Positions 10,348 to 20,198 of a stretch of 64,000 nt of DNA are shown here, piece after piece (positions within the stretch are counted from its first letter, which is position 1; each line of letters starts with the position of its first letter). Source of the DNA: a bacterium. GTDB lineage: Bacteria; UBA8248. The notes below the pieces were generated by a model. That model worked only from the letters and a program-made list of their open reading frames with translations, made no database searches and was not told the origin of the DNA. The stretch lies in NCBI GenBank assembly GCA_965202625.1, contig CBDBBI010000010.1, forward strand, positions 1,376,001 to 1,440,000, read 5' to 3'. The position numbers and the translations under genes are program-made.

Positions 10348-11589
10348 TCAGACTACTTTTGAAAAGGAGTCTATTTCCCGTCTTAATACGCGCGCCATGC
10401 GCTCGGTGTTTCTTCCATCAAAATGGTAGTCCGAGTCCATGCGCAAGCGCTCCCAGTCGCAATCAAATCCCTCAAAACCGGACTCCAGCCCCTGTAAGGC
10501 GTCAAGCACGCCCTTTGCATCTCGCAGAACGAAATCCGATCCGTAGCCACTGTAAACGTAAGGCTCCATTCCCACATACGAAAAAGTAAATACCCGAGTG
10601 CCCACAACAGAGGCCTCGTTGATGCTCCAAGAAGCGTTCGGCGTAATCACCAGATCGCTGCCAACTATCAATTGGTGCGTATTCCATCTCTCGTGGTCTA
10701 TGACGAATCGGGAATCCATATCAGGAAGATCAAAAAATCGCCTGATGCATTCGACGCTTCTCGAAACGCTTACTTCTCTGAAACGAATGAATATATGGCA
10801 ATCCAGATCGCGGCGTTGAAAATCCACCAGCGCCTTGAACATTGCATCCCATTGTTCAAGCGCGCAACAACTAAGCACTCCAGGCAAGAGAATAGTAACG
10901 ATCCACCGCCGCTTTCCATGGCGATGGCGTATGTCTGAAATGATTTTCTCCTTTTTTTTGAATTCATCGAGCAGAAGATCCACGGTGTGCCTCCCCACTT
11001 TTTCCAGTTGCAACCCATTCCAGTAGGGGGAGAAAGTTCTCGAGTAGAGCTCGCAAAGAACCATGAGCTTGTCGAGATGAACAAAACTACTTTCCGGCCT
11101 ATTATAGATAGTTCCCGAATGAACGATGCCGATCCTTTTTCTACCGTCTCGATTCGCAACGATAGATTCAAGGACGTGGCCTTCGTTGTATTCGTTTCTG
11201 ACCAGCTCTACGTCATATTTCACGTTCTCCATTTCGTATTGTTTCAAAATGTAGTGATACAGTGCTTTTGTCGTCGCTTTCGCCATACTCGCCGACAAGT
11301 AGCTGGCACCCGGCCCATGCCTGAAACCTTTGGCGATGCGCCACGTGCACGCAAAAGTCCATTTGAGCAGAGCCAGATTCACGCCATAGCCATTCTTGTC
11401 CGCATAATCGTAACCCTTTGTTCTCATGTTGTCTTGCGATGTTTTCTTCTTGCCTGGCTTCTTCATCACAATTTTCCAATCGCCAAAAATATGGATGATC
11501 TCACCGGGCCGAAATCCCACCTTATATAAATAAGAATCGTCAAGCCGGGTGAGAATATCCTGAACCTGCGGCTTATTGATTAGCGCCAT
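10348..11589 (-). CDS. Uncharacterised glycan biosynthesis protein, C-terminal GT-B-like part
   Basis: ATG at 11589 overlaps upstream TAA (TAATG); GIVHS, SDLVIT..SINEA GT-B-like motif. Confidence 0.6.
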   Translation of the reverse strand: MALINKPQVQDILTRLDDSYLYKVGFRPGEIIHIFGDWKIVMKKPGKKKTSQDNMRTKGYDYADKNGYGVNLALLKWTFACTWRIAKGFRHGPGASYLSASMAKATTKALYHYILKQYEMENVKYDVELVRNEYNEGHVLESIVANRDGRKRIGIVHSGTIYNRPESSFVHLDKLMVLCELYSRTFSPYWNGLQLEKVGRHTVDLLLDEFKKKEKIISDIRHRHGKRRWIVTILLPGVLSCCALEQWDAMFKALVDFQRRDLDCHIFIRFREVSVSRSVECIRRFFDLPDMDSRFVIDHERWNTHQLIVGSDLVITPNASWSINEASVVGTRVFTFSYVGMEPYVYSGYGSDFVLRDAKGVLDALQGLESGFEGFDCDWERLRMDSDYHFDGRNTERMARVLRREIDSFSKVV

Positions 11590-12302
11590 TACCTCACACC
11601 GTCGTTGAAGATGCCGTGGATAACCGGCATGGCCAATGCGTATCGCTTGAGCGCGGAAGAAACCCGGCCGTTCTTGACGCACCGCAAAAAAATCGCGCCC
11701 GGGAGAAGCAAACATGCGAGGCGCCATCCATACGCCTGAAGAATGTTTGTGAACTTCGTCGCAAAACGCGAATAGCGCGAACCGCCGCCATCCTGCAGCG
11801 GTGGATGAAACGCGCCCAAAAACTCCATACTCCCATTCGACACGGAGACGACGTTCTCGTTTTTACTCTTTAATTCTTCATAAAGTTTCGCATACGCGTA
11901 CCTATCGATAACTATCCGCACCAGCCATATTTGATAGAATTTGACGATGTGATCACTATGGACGACTCCATGCAATAGTTTGTATGATGCCGTCCCTTGG
12001 ATGTCGGCGCTTTTCTCGTCCAACAACTTCACCGCGTCTTCACTCACATCAAAATGATAATCCGCCGTTTCCTCCATCTGCACTGGCCGCACTTTCGCTT
12101 CAGGGTTGATCCAATTTATCAATCTTCTGATGATTTTTTGCGCCGCAGGCTCTTTGTCCCTACGTCCGCCGTAGAGGGACTTAGGAAAAAAGAGGACGTT
12201 CCGGGCGTTTCTGATAGCTTTCACGTGCAAAATAACTTTCAAAAGCGACCAGCTCTCAAACAAAAGAACATCTATCGCGCGCACCTTCACCATAAGCATC
12301 AC
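11589..12302 (-). CDS. Uncharacterised glycan-locus protein, possibly the N-terminal half of a split gene
   Basis: 237-aa ORF with GGAG RBS that ends exactly where the next ORF starts. Confidence 0.55.
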   Translation of the reverse strand: MMLMVKVRAIDVLLFESWSLLKVILHVKAIRNARNVLFFPKSLYGGRRDKEPAAQKIIRRLINWINPEAKVRPVQMEETADYHFDVSEDAVKLLDEKSADIQGTASYKLLHGVVHSDHIVKFYQIWLVRIVIDRYAYAKLYEELKSKNENVVSVSNGSMEFLGAFHPPLQDGGGSRYSRFATKFTNILQAYGWRLACLLLPGAIFLRCVKNGRVSSALKRYALAMPVIHGIFNDGVR

Positions 12303-12351
12303 TCCTTGAACCCGAAGATTTCCATCGCTGGTTCGTCTTGAGCCTATTAAA

Positions 12352-13746
12352 TCATTTGGAGAAGGTCGGGTTGCTTCTTTGCATCCAATCCGTCCCTATT
12401 TTCTCCGCCAACCAGAATTCATATGGAGAATTGATTTTGACGCTTTCTTCGGGAAGCATGGTAATGTGTCCTACTTTTTCTCCAAATAATTTTTTCGATA
12501 GTGTCACTTCCTTCCGGCTGAGGCAAATTGCCCCGTTTTCCTTGAACAATGCTTTCCTCTCCAAACGGAAGGTCCGGTTAGCAGAACCATTTATGGGAAA
12601 AAGCCCGTTTCTTCCATGATGATAGAAAAAAGAAACGTCCTCGGTTATCGATATCACGGAATCCACGCCAAAAATGACCATGGAATCCACAGCCTTATCA
12701 ATATGCCGGCCTCTCCGAAATGGCGTGTTGACGTAGCACGTGCAAACGGCGTCAGGAGAATATCCCTGCCTTTCTTCTATCGTCCTTACCACGTGAAACG
12801 CCGTATCCTCCACTCTGGAAAACCGCCTCCCCAACCCTTCGGGTCGAAAGAGGCCATCTACTCCCTCCAGTCGTTCTACATAGTCCAGAACGTCCGCATC
12901 GGACGAGGATACGACTACCTTATCGACGGATCGCGCTTTCTTGATTTCCTCGAGCGTTCGCTCCAACAGTGATTTTCCCATGAATTCCGTAAAAGGATTT
13001 CCGAGTGCGAATCCAGAGTCCACAGAAACGGGAACGAGGGCTAAAACTTTCGGCTTCCGCTTAAGGTTCATTTCCTCCACGACCCGCCGCTTGATCTGGC
13101 GGCGCGTTTCCAAGAGCGGACCTCGAGATTTCGACAAGCTGTCGCCATGCTGTCGATAATAAAACAGGGGCACGTTCACATTGTAGGGACGATGCCGCTG
13201 AATGAATTTCAGCCACAGTCCATAACCGTCCTGGCGATTGAACTCCTCGTAATAACCGCCTATTTCCATCAGGACTTCTTTGCGGATCATCGCGCATGCG
13301 CCATGGGCCGGAATATCCAGCAACTCGACTTCATCTCCTATTTTTTTGCGACGGACGATTTCCGTAACCTCTCCATTCTGGTCGACTTCATAATAATCCG
13401 GATACACCAAATCCACGTCGGGCTTTACGTCCAGGATGTTGGAAAGAACGAGGAGAATGTTCTCATCAAGGAAATCATCCGCATCCACGCGCATCAGATA
13501 TTCGCCATTGGCTGCGCGCAAAGCGATGTTGTTCGTAATATTCAAGCCTTTATTCTCTTGTTTGAGAATGCGAATCTTCGGATGATCTTTGTATTTTTCA
13601 AGCACTTGCGAAGTGTCGTCGGTCGAGCCGTCGTCAATGACGATCAACTCCCAGTCATCCATCGTCTGACGAAGGACGCTGCGAACCGCATCGTCAATAA
13701 AATGCGCATAGTTATACGTCGGAATATACACCGTGATTTTAGGCAT
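12352..13746 (-). CDS. Fusion: GT2 glycosyltransferase + C-terminal cytidylyltransferase-like domain
   Basis: YIPTYN, IDDGSTD, VDADD (GT2); C-terminal VVSSSD, NTPFRR, ENGAI, ESVKINS (NeuA-like, degenerate N-terminal motif). Confidence 0.85.
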   Translation of the reverse strand: MPKITVYIPTYNYAHFIDDAVRSVLRQTMDDWELIVIDDGSTDDTSQVLEKYKDHPKIRILKQENKGLNITNNIALRAANGEYLMRVDADDFLDENILLVLSNILDVKPDVDLVYPDYYEVDQNGEVTEIVRRKKIGDEVELLDIPAHGACAMIRKEVLMEIGGYYEEFNRQDGYGLWLKFIQRHRPYNVNVPLFYYRQHGDSLSKSRGPLLETRRQIKRRVVEEMNLKRKPKVLALVPVSVDSGFALGNPFTEFMGKSLLERTLEEIKKARSVDKVVVSSSDADVLDYVERLEGVDGLFRPEGLGRRFSRVEDTAFHVVRTIEERQGYSPDAVCTCYVNTPFRRGRHIDKAVDSMVIFGVDSVISITEDVSFFYHHGRNGLFPINGSANRTFRLERKALFKENGAICLSRKEVTLSKKLFGEKVGHITMLPEESVKINSPYEFWLAEKIGTDWMQRSNPTFSK

Positions 13747-13785
13747 GACGAATCAACCCAGCGAGGCGCGCTTAAAAACCATCGT

Positions 13786-15378
13786 TTACTTCACCATGTT
13801 CATGGCCAACGCCTGATCCGCCTTGATGTCCACTTTCGCTTCCTTGCCGAGCAAATCGTCGATCATCCAGCCCGGAAGGCCGTCGGCGGGCCTCTTCATG
13901 CCCAGCATGGAGGACTCTATCGTCTCTCCGGATTGAATGTCTCGTTCGGCGACAATGCTGCGCCGCGCGCTGTTGCGGGCGGGGTTTTCACGCTCGGCGA
14001 CTTCAAGCGCGCCGCTGCCCAGGACGGTCTCCGCAAGACGGACGTTTTCCACCATCTTTTTCAAGTCCTCCGGATTCATCGAAAAGAAATGTCCCGAGCC
14101 GGTCAGTTCCCGATCCAGAGTATAGTGCTTTTCAATGACTTTCGCCCCGAGAGCCACGCCCAGGGCGGGTATGGCCATATGCGCGTCCGGCTCCGTATGG
14201 TCGGACAAGCCAACGATAAGGCCGGGATATTTCTCCAGCAAGGCAGGGACGCGCAGAAGGTTCGCGTCCTCATTCGTCGTGGGATAACTCAACATGCATG
14301 CCATGACGATGAGCTGATGGTTGCCTGCGTCGAAAATCGTGGAGACTGCCCGCTCAATCTCCTCCACCGTCGAGCCGCCGGTCGAAAGAATGACGGGCTT
14401 GCCAAAACCAGCCACGCGCCTGAGCAGTCGGCTGTCAGGAAGATCGCATGAGGCTATCTTGAAAAGCGACATGCCCAAATCGTTCAACATATCGGCGCTC
14501 TCCACGTCGAATGGCGTGGAAAATGGAATGACGTCTTTTTCAAGACTGTATGCGAAAAGCTCCTCGTATTCGAGAGCACCGAAACGATCCAGCTGGCGGT
14601 AATACTCTATTTGCGGTATTTCCTTTCCCTGCCAGTAAGTCGTGGCTTCCTTGCGCGTCAAACGCTCCGCCTTGTAGGTCTGGAACTTGATCGCGTCCAC
14701 TCCGGCTTCAGCGGCGAGGTCGATCATCTCCTTGGCCATCCGCATGTCGCACATGTGATTGCAAGCCGCCTCCGCAATAAGAAAGGCGGGATGGCCATCT
14801 CCTATCATTTTGTTTCCGACGGAAATCTCCTTCGCATACGGGCTCATCTCGTGCGCAGACATGAGAAGATCGAACGCGCGATGGACGTTGACGCAATCAT
14901 CACGCACGGCGGACGCATACAACGGGGGCTTCGCCGTCAAGGCCCTCGTGCTCATAATGCGAAGTGCCCCGTTTCGCCTCCCCTTCCGGTCTACCGTGCA
15001 CAGATCGTCTATTTTGTTGTCCTGCACGTATTTCAGCAGAGCGTCGAGGTCGCTTCTCCTGGTCGGATGGTCAGGCTGAATTCCGACAACGAAAGAAACG
15101 CTCTCACTCCCCCATTCATTGAGGACGTCTTGATACACCTCCATCAAGGGCGCCTCGCCGGTGAGCGCATCGCCCCGAAAATGAACGAGCGCGTTATTTT
15201 GCCTCGCAATCTCGGCGACGTCCTCGGAATCGGTGGATACGACAATATCGTCCACGCTGTTAAACTTCTTCGCATAATGGATGGCGTGCGCAACCAGAGA
15301 AACGCCGTTGATCCTCAGCAGATTCTTATCCGGTAGACGATTAGAGCGCCGTTTGGCTGGTATGATGGCGACGATCAT
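13786..15378 (-). CDS. Fusion: cytidylyltransferase + NeuB-type nonulosonate synthase with SAF domain
   Basis: IIPAKRRSNRLPDKN, VSTDS; IAEAACNH, AIKFQ, STPFD, KIASCD, GLSDHT, IEKHYT, ARRSIVA. Confidence 0.92.
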   Translation of the reverse strand: MIVAIIPAKRRSNRLPDKNLLRINGVSLVAHAIHYAKKFNSVDDIVVSTDSEDVAEIARQNNALVHFRGDALTGEAPLMEVYQDVLNEWGSESVSFVVGIQPDHPTRRSDLDALLKYVQDNKIDDLCTVDRKGRRNGALRIMSTRALTAKPPLYASAVRDDCVNVHRAFDLLMSAHEMSPYAKEISVGNKMIGDGHPAFLIAEAACNHMCDMRMAKEMIDLAAEAGVDAIKFQTYKAERLTRKEATTYWQGKEIPQIEYYRQLDRFGALEYEELFAYSLEKDVIPFSTPFDVESADMLNDLGMSLFKIASCDLPDSRLLRRVAGFGKPVILSTGGSTVEEIERAVSTIFDAGNHQLIVMACMLSYPTTNEDANLLRVPALLEKYPGLIVGLSDHTEPDAHMAIPALGVALGAKVIEKHYTLDRELTGSGHFFSMNPEDLKKMVENVRLAETVLGSGALEVAERENPARNSARRSIVAERDIQSGETIESSMLGMKRPADGLPGWMIDDLLGKEAKVDIKADQALAMNMVK

Positions 15379-16541
15379 CTTTTGCCCCCCCCCCGTCTCT
15401 CATTATCTGCGGATAAGCCGCTCTTGGAGAGTTTCTCCAGAACGGATATGCAAGAATCCACTGAATCCATTGGCAAGCCGTCAAACGGGGCACGACAAAT
15501 CTTTTCCCACTCTCCTTTCACAAACCACTTATCAAGCAGTCCCGAAAAACCTTCAAACGAACACACCTCACAAAGCGTTCCGGGTAAATTTGCAGAAGCA
15601 CCCAGGACGTCCGATAAGGAATCCAGCCGGAGGCTGATCGTTGGTCGGCCACAACAAATGGCTTCATACAAAATCATGGAGTCGAATCCTAATATGAGGT
15701 TCGAGGAAAATACAACATCAAGGGCTGAGGGCCCGGAATCTATTTTCAAGTTGGGAAACGGCGACGCGGCGGTTCCCCATACTTCTCGCTCTCTGGGGTG
15801 AAGCCTCAGAAAAAAAATTGCCTCATGCCCCGCTTTACGTATTTTTTCCTCACAAAGGCGGAGTGCCTCCTCAATGATGGGAAGCCTCTCTCCCTTCAAG
15901 AATGGCTCAACAATCTGGGCTCGCCCAAGACCGGTAAAAACAGGCTGCGTAAAGAGAGAGCAAATAAAATCTTCTTTGCCGAGGTTGTTTTCTCGCCGAA
16001 AATTCACTTCGCTATCCCGCTTGGACAAAAGCAGCATCTCGAGATGGGGGCTTCCCACGACTACCATCCTGCTTGAGGAGACGCCCTCAGCAATTCCCTG
16101 GTCTCGCGATCGCGCGTCAATGACGCCGAGCACGTCTGGAAGATAAGAAAAATTCTTGTCCTCGTCATGTATTCTATGCCAGCCCCTCCAATCGTCCATC
16201 AGCGCGAAGCTCTTGAGCCCGAGTTGCCTCGCAGCCATGATAATGTATCCGTTTGAAGGGTCATAGTTATTGTTTGACGTTGTGCAGAATATTACGTCAG
16301 GAGACAGGCGAGAAAGCAGGTCGCACGCGCCTTCAATGCTGAGCGGCACTTGATTCACCAGAGTTTCAAGGGGGACAACCTCTATATCATGCGCTTTGAA
16401 TACTTCAATGGCGAAAAGATGCACTATTACGCACAGACGATATTTCTCCGGGCGAACAAGGCTTTTAACGACAGGTAAAATAGCGCGCGCGCCACCCGCA
16501 TCCTGGGCATAAACCAAAACAACAGGTCGGCAAGATTTCAA
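15375..16541 (-). CDS. Uncharacterised GT-B-like protein (candidate CMP-sugar transferase)
   Basis: DAGGA, DDW, VVGSPH, LRLHP, SMILYEAICCGRP. Confidence 0.6.
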   Translation of the reverse strand: MKSCRPVVLVYAQDAGGARAILPVVKSLVRPEKYRLCVIVHLFAIEVFKAHDIEVVPLETLVNQVPLSIEGACDLLSRLSPDVIFCTTSNNNYDPSNGYIIMAARQLGLKSFALMDDWRGWHRIHDEDKNFSYLPDVLGVIDARSRDQGIAEGVSSSRMVVVGSPHLEMLLLSKRDSEVNFRRENNLGKEDFICSLFTQPVFTGLGRAQIVEPFLKGERLPIIEEALRLCEEKIRKAGHEAIFFLRLHPREREVWGTAASPFPNLKIDSGPSALDVVFSSNLILGFDSMILYEAICCGRPTISLRLDSLSDVLGASANLPGTLCEVCSFEGFSGLLDKWFVKGEWEKICRAPFDGLPMDSVDSCISVLEKLSKSGLSADNERRGGGKR

Positions 16542-17827
16542 CCGAAACTTCTCAGGGCGTCGGCGTTCTTTCGGACCTTCTCGACTGCGAGAACAAATTG
16601 GTCAATTTCCCTTTCGGTGTTCGGGTATCGGCAAATGTTCGTCAAAAGCAAGTCCTTCTCCCAGAGCCGCTCGACAACCGGACAGGTTCCCTTCGCGTAT
16701 GACACGCCGCCCTCGCGCGCGTCGTCACGAAAAGGATAGCCTTTCGTCCCGTATGCGCTCCTCTTTTGATATATCGGTTCGAGATATATAGGTCGCACAT
16801 ACCCCTCCGTCACTTGAACGCCTTCCTCCCTGAGGGCTCTCGCAAAAATTTCACGGGGGATGCCCATTTTCGTTTCATCATACTTCATGGCGTAAAGGTA
16901 ATAGACATGCGTGCAGCCCCGAGCGGTTTCCGGAGGGGTCAAGAAATCAAACTCGGCCAGCTGCTGGGTCAGGTTCTCGGCGAGGCGAACCCGAATGCGC
17001 GTCAGTTCGTCCATCTTGCCGATTTGCGCAATGCCAACGGCTGCGCATATTTCCGGCAAGCGATAGTTAAAACCGACCATGTTCGTGATATCTTCCCGGC
17101 CCATGGGGCCAATCACAACCTCCCCGTGATTGCGTTTCAACTGCATATGAAGCGCCAGCTCTTCCTTGTCCGTTAAGGCAACCCCGCCCTCGCCGCACTG
17201 GATGACCTTGTGATAATTCAGGCTCTGAACACCTATGTCCCCTACGGCGCCCGTCTTTTTTCCCGCGCACTCTGCGAGTGGGGCCTGGGCGTTGTCCTCA
17301 ATGAGCATAAGTCCACGTCGGTCGGCAAGAGCGCGCAACTCCATCAATGGGGAGGGATGTCCAAACAGATTGACTGTGAGAATGGCGCGCGTTCTATCGT
17401 TTATCAAAGACTCCACCGAAGAAGGATCGATGCAGAACGTCGCATCCTCCACGTCGGCAAACACGGGGATCGCATTTTCCATGAGAATACTGCTCGCAGT
17501 GGCGCTCATGGTGAACGGGGATGTAATAATCTCCTCTCCAGGCTCAACCCCCGTCGCCGCCACCGCGCAATGCAGAGCCGACGTCGCTGAATTCACGCAG
17601 ACGGCGCGCTTCACGCCGAACCTTTCGGCAAATAACTTTTCAAGCTTCCTGACTTTCACGCCGCCGAGGAAACGCTCCGAATGCGTCCCCGAGAATCCTG
17701 AAAGATGTTGGCTTCTCAAGCTGCTAAGAACCTCTTTTTCCTCAGCCTGATCGACCATCGTGGTATGCACGGCGTAAGGTTCTTTGCGTATGGGCTCTCC
17801 ACCAAGAAGAGCTAATTTGCCGTTCAC
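16538..17827 (-). CDS. DegT/DnrJ/EryC1/StrS sugar aminotransferase
   Basis: NSATSAL, IEDNAQA, SLNYHKVIQCGEGG (PLP lysine), GFNYR. Confidence 0.93.
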   Translation of the reverse strand: MNGKLALLGGEPIRKEPYAVHTTMVDQAEEKEVLSSLRSQHLSGFSGTHSERFLGGVKVRKLEKLFAERFGVKRAVCVNSATSALHCAVAATGVEPGEEIITSPFTMSATASSILMENAIPVFADVEDATFCIDPSSVESLINDRTRAILTVNLFGHPSPLMELRALADRRGLMLIEDNAQAPLAECAGKKTGAVGDIGVQSLNYHKVIQCGEGGVALTDKEELALHMQLKRNHGEVVIGPMGREDITNMVGFNYRLPEICAAVGIAQIGKMDELTRIRVRLAENLTQQLAEFDFLTPPETARGCTHVYYLYAMKYDETKMGIPREIFARALREEGVQVTEGYVRPIYLEPIYQKRSAYGTKGYPFRDDAREGGVSYAKGTCPVVERLWEKDLLLTNICRYPNTEREIDQFVLAVEKVRKNADALRSFG

Positions 17828-17843
17828 ATGCGTTCCCCTCGCG

Positions 17844-18851
17844 TCAAATAGGGGTCACTTTCCTCATTATATCCGATGAGAGGACGGCTTCGCAAATTTC
17901 AATCGCCCTCACGCCGTCGCGCAGAGAACAAGAGGGCGCATCACCAACCTCCAGGCACCTTACAAGCTCCTCTACAGCCCGAAGAGAACTATTGCGCCAC
18001 TGCGTTTCCTCTGGTCGCCGAGCAAGTTCCAACACCTGGAACAAGCGAAAGTAGGGGTCTTCACGCGCTTGGAATCGAAGAAGTTTCTGGCCCCTTTGCC
18101 CAATGACGATTCTTCCTCTATCCGTGATGATATCCGCATCAAAGAGGACATACTCCAACACAGGAACGTGTAAAAACGTAGCGTATATCCCGCGCTCGAA
18201 AACAACGTCAAAATCCGCTCCAGAACCCCCAGCCTCATTGTCATTGTCAAACACCCTCAAAAGATGCACCTCTTTGGGGTCGCCAAAAAACCAACGCAGC
18301 AAATCAATATAATGGGAGGCGTTTTCCAACAAACCTTTTACGTAGTGCACAGTAACACGGATGACAGAGCCATGAATTCCACTCTCCAGCTCGCGCTTGA
18401 GTTGACGAAGAGTCGGGTTCCATCTCCGAAAGTAGTTCACCGCCACAGGCCGAGTCCCCGCGATAGAAATGGATTCACGCGCTTCTATGGATGATTGCGC
18501 AACTGGTTTTTCGAGGAAAACGGCTTTCACGTCTGCGTCGCAAACTGCGCGCAAAGCGTTGAGATGATGCGCCGTAGGCAGGCAAATACTCACGATATCG
18601 GGACGTTCCCGGTCAAGCATCTGATTGTAGTCCGCATACAACGTATCCACGCCCCAACGCCGGCCAAAAGCCGTCCGAGCGTCGGCGCTTACATCCGCAG
18701 CAGAGACAAGGTCGACGTCCGGGCAAGCCAGATACGCGCCCGCGTGCGTAGCGGTCCATTTGCCCTCGGAAAAATTATCGTATCGGGAGGCAATGTTCCC
18801 GCAGCCGATAATAGCCGCCTTATATGTGGCTTTGCCGCTGTTCAAAAACAC
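17844..18851 (-). CDS. Gfo/Idh/MocA oxidoreductase
   Basis: AAIIGCGNIA, FLEKPV, VNYFRRW, HYIDL. Confidence 0.9.
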   Translation of the reverse strand: MFLNSGKATYKAAIIGCGNIASRYDNFSEGKWTATHAGAYLACPDVDLVSAADVSADARTAFGRRWGVDTLYADYNQMLDRERPDIVSICLPTAHHLNALRAVCDADVKAVFLEKPVAQSSIEARESISIAGTRPVAVNYFRRWNPTLRQLKRELESGIHGSVIRVTVHYVKGLLENASHYIDLLRWFFGDPKEVHLLRVFDNDNEAGGSGADFDVVFERGIYATFLHVPVLEYVLFDADIITDRGRIVIGQRGQKLLRFQAREDPYFRLFQVLELARRPEETQWRNSSLRAVEELVRCLEVGDAPSCSLRDGVRAIEICEAVLSSDIMRKVTPI

Positions 18852-19611
18852 GCTGCTGAACGACCTGACGATTGATATCCAGAAGGCTTGGTTCCGTATC
18901 TAAAAGCCGCATCACATCGAATAGCGTGAAGCAAGGGTTCTTTGCATAAAGGCGGGTATAAATTGCGAGGATTAACTCGAAATCCTCCCGATTGTCTACA
19001 GTGAGACGGAGGCCCGGTCTGCGGCATTCCGACCACTTCCCCACCGCCTCAAAAGATTTTAGCCTGAATCTGTCTGGTCGTTCAAAAATATAGGAGGTGA
19101 CGTGCTCTCGATCGACAGGATCGTCGCTCCACCCAGCCACTTGCCTCAAGAGAGAAGTGGAGAAAATCTCCACGCTCGTTCCTATGGGAAACGTCGATTC
19201 TTCCTCCCATGAGGAGCTATGCCGCATCGAGGTATTCGCCACGTAATCGAATTTATCCGCAAGAAATAGTCCTACCATCTCATCAATAAGGAGCGGCTCC
19301 ACAAGAGGGGCATCCCCGCCGAGTTCGACAATTACGTCTCCATTCCACGCATCAGCCGCTTGGAGAACTCGGCTCAGGACGTCTTCCTCGCTACCTCGGA
19401 AACAACCCAGGCCGCTTTCTTCGGCCACTCGAACGATGGGGTCGTCAAGCGGATTTGTCGTGGTCGCGATGATCGCCGCGTCTAAACTCTTCGCTCTAAG
19501 CACCCTTTCCGCCATTTGCGCCAGCATGGGTTTTCCGCATACATCCAGAAGCACTTTTCCCGGCAACCTCAAGGAATTCATCCTGGCTTCGATGATGGCG
19601 ACGATTTTCAC
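18820..19611 (-). CDS. SpsF-like cytidylyltransferase family protein
   Basis: IEARMNSLRLPGKV, RGSEEDVLSR, DREHVT, RLTVD; GTG start overlaps upstream stop. Confidence 0.88.
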   Translation of the reverse strand: MKIVAIIEARMNSLRLPGKVLLDVCGKPMLAQMAERVLRAKSLDAAIIATTTNPLDDPIVRVAEESGLGCFRGSEEDVLSRVLQAADAWNGDVIVELGGDAPLVEPLLIDEMVGLFLADKFDYVANTSMRHSSSWEEESTFPIGTSVEIFSTSLLRQVAGWSDDPVDREHVTSYIFERPDRFRLKSFEAVGKWSECRRPGLRLTVDNREDFELILAIYTRLYAKNPCFTLFDVMRLLDTEPSLLDINRQVVQQRVFEQRQSHI

Positions 19612-20186
19612 TCGCGCTTCTCTTCTCGCATATCTTCCCAACGCACACGAAATATCCCCAATCGATATTCATCGACATAACCTGACCTACAGAAAAAACT
19701 CTCTTTGAGCGTCGCTTCATGGAGATACCCGTTTTTCTCAAAACTTCGTCTCGAACCCTCATTCGTCGCCCACATACCGGCCGTAATCTTCCGAAGGTTG
19801 AGCTTCTCGAAGCCATGGGCAGTCATGAGAGCGATGGCTTCCGTCGCAACGCCTTTTCCCCAGAAACGCCTGTCGCCAATGACGATGCTCATATCGCCCG
19901 TTCGATGGACCCAGTCGATCTTATGAATGCCGACGACCCCCACGAGCAAACTTTCATCTTCTTTCATGACAACGCCAAACTGCACGTCCGTTCGGCTCTT
20001 CATAAGAGCGTCGAATACCTCCCGCTGCCCCTCCTCGGTTACGGGAAACGTTCCCTTGTTGATATTCTGCGTGACCTCAGAGGAATTGAACCAAGCGTGC
20101 CAAACCGGAATATCTTCCGCTTTCAACGCACGGAGAAATACGCGTTGACCACTTCTAAACATGGGACGCCCTTCTGGGTTTCGCAT
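19608..20186 (-). CDS. GNAT N-acyltransferase (PseH/RimL-like)
   Basis: FWGKGVATEA, LNLRKI, NEGSRRSFEKNG. Confidence 0.88.
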   Translation of the reverse strand: MRNPEGRPMFRSGQRVFLRALKAEDIPVWHAWFNSSEVTQNINKGTFPVTEEGQREVFDALMKSRTDVQFGVVMKEDESLLVGVVGIHKIDWVHRTGDMSIVIGDRRFWGKGVATEAIALMTAHGFEKLNLRKITAGMWATNEGSRRSFEKNGYLHEATLKESFFCRSGYVDEYRLGIFRVRWEDMREEKRE

Positions 20187-20198
20187 TGGTCTTGCGAT

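Noticed and set aside
13147-14451. 434-aa plus-strand ORF
   Set aside because: Antisense shadow of the GT2-CT and NeuB genes
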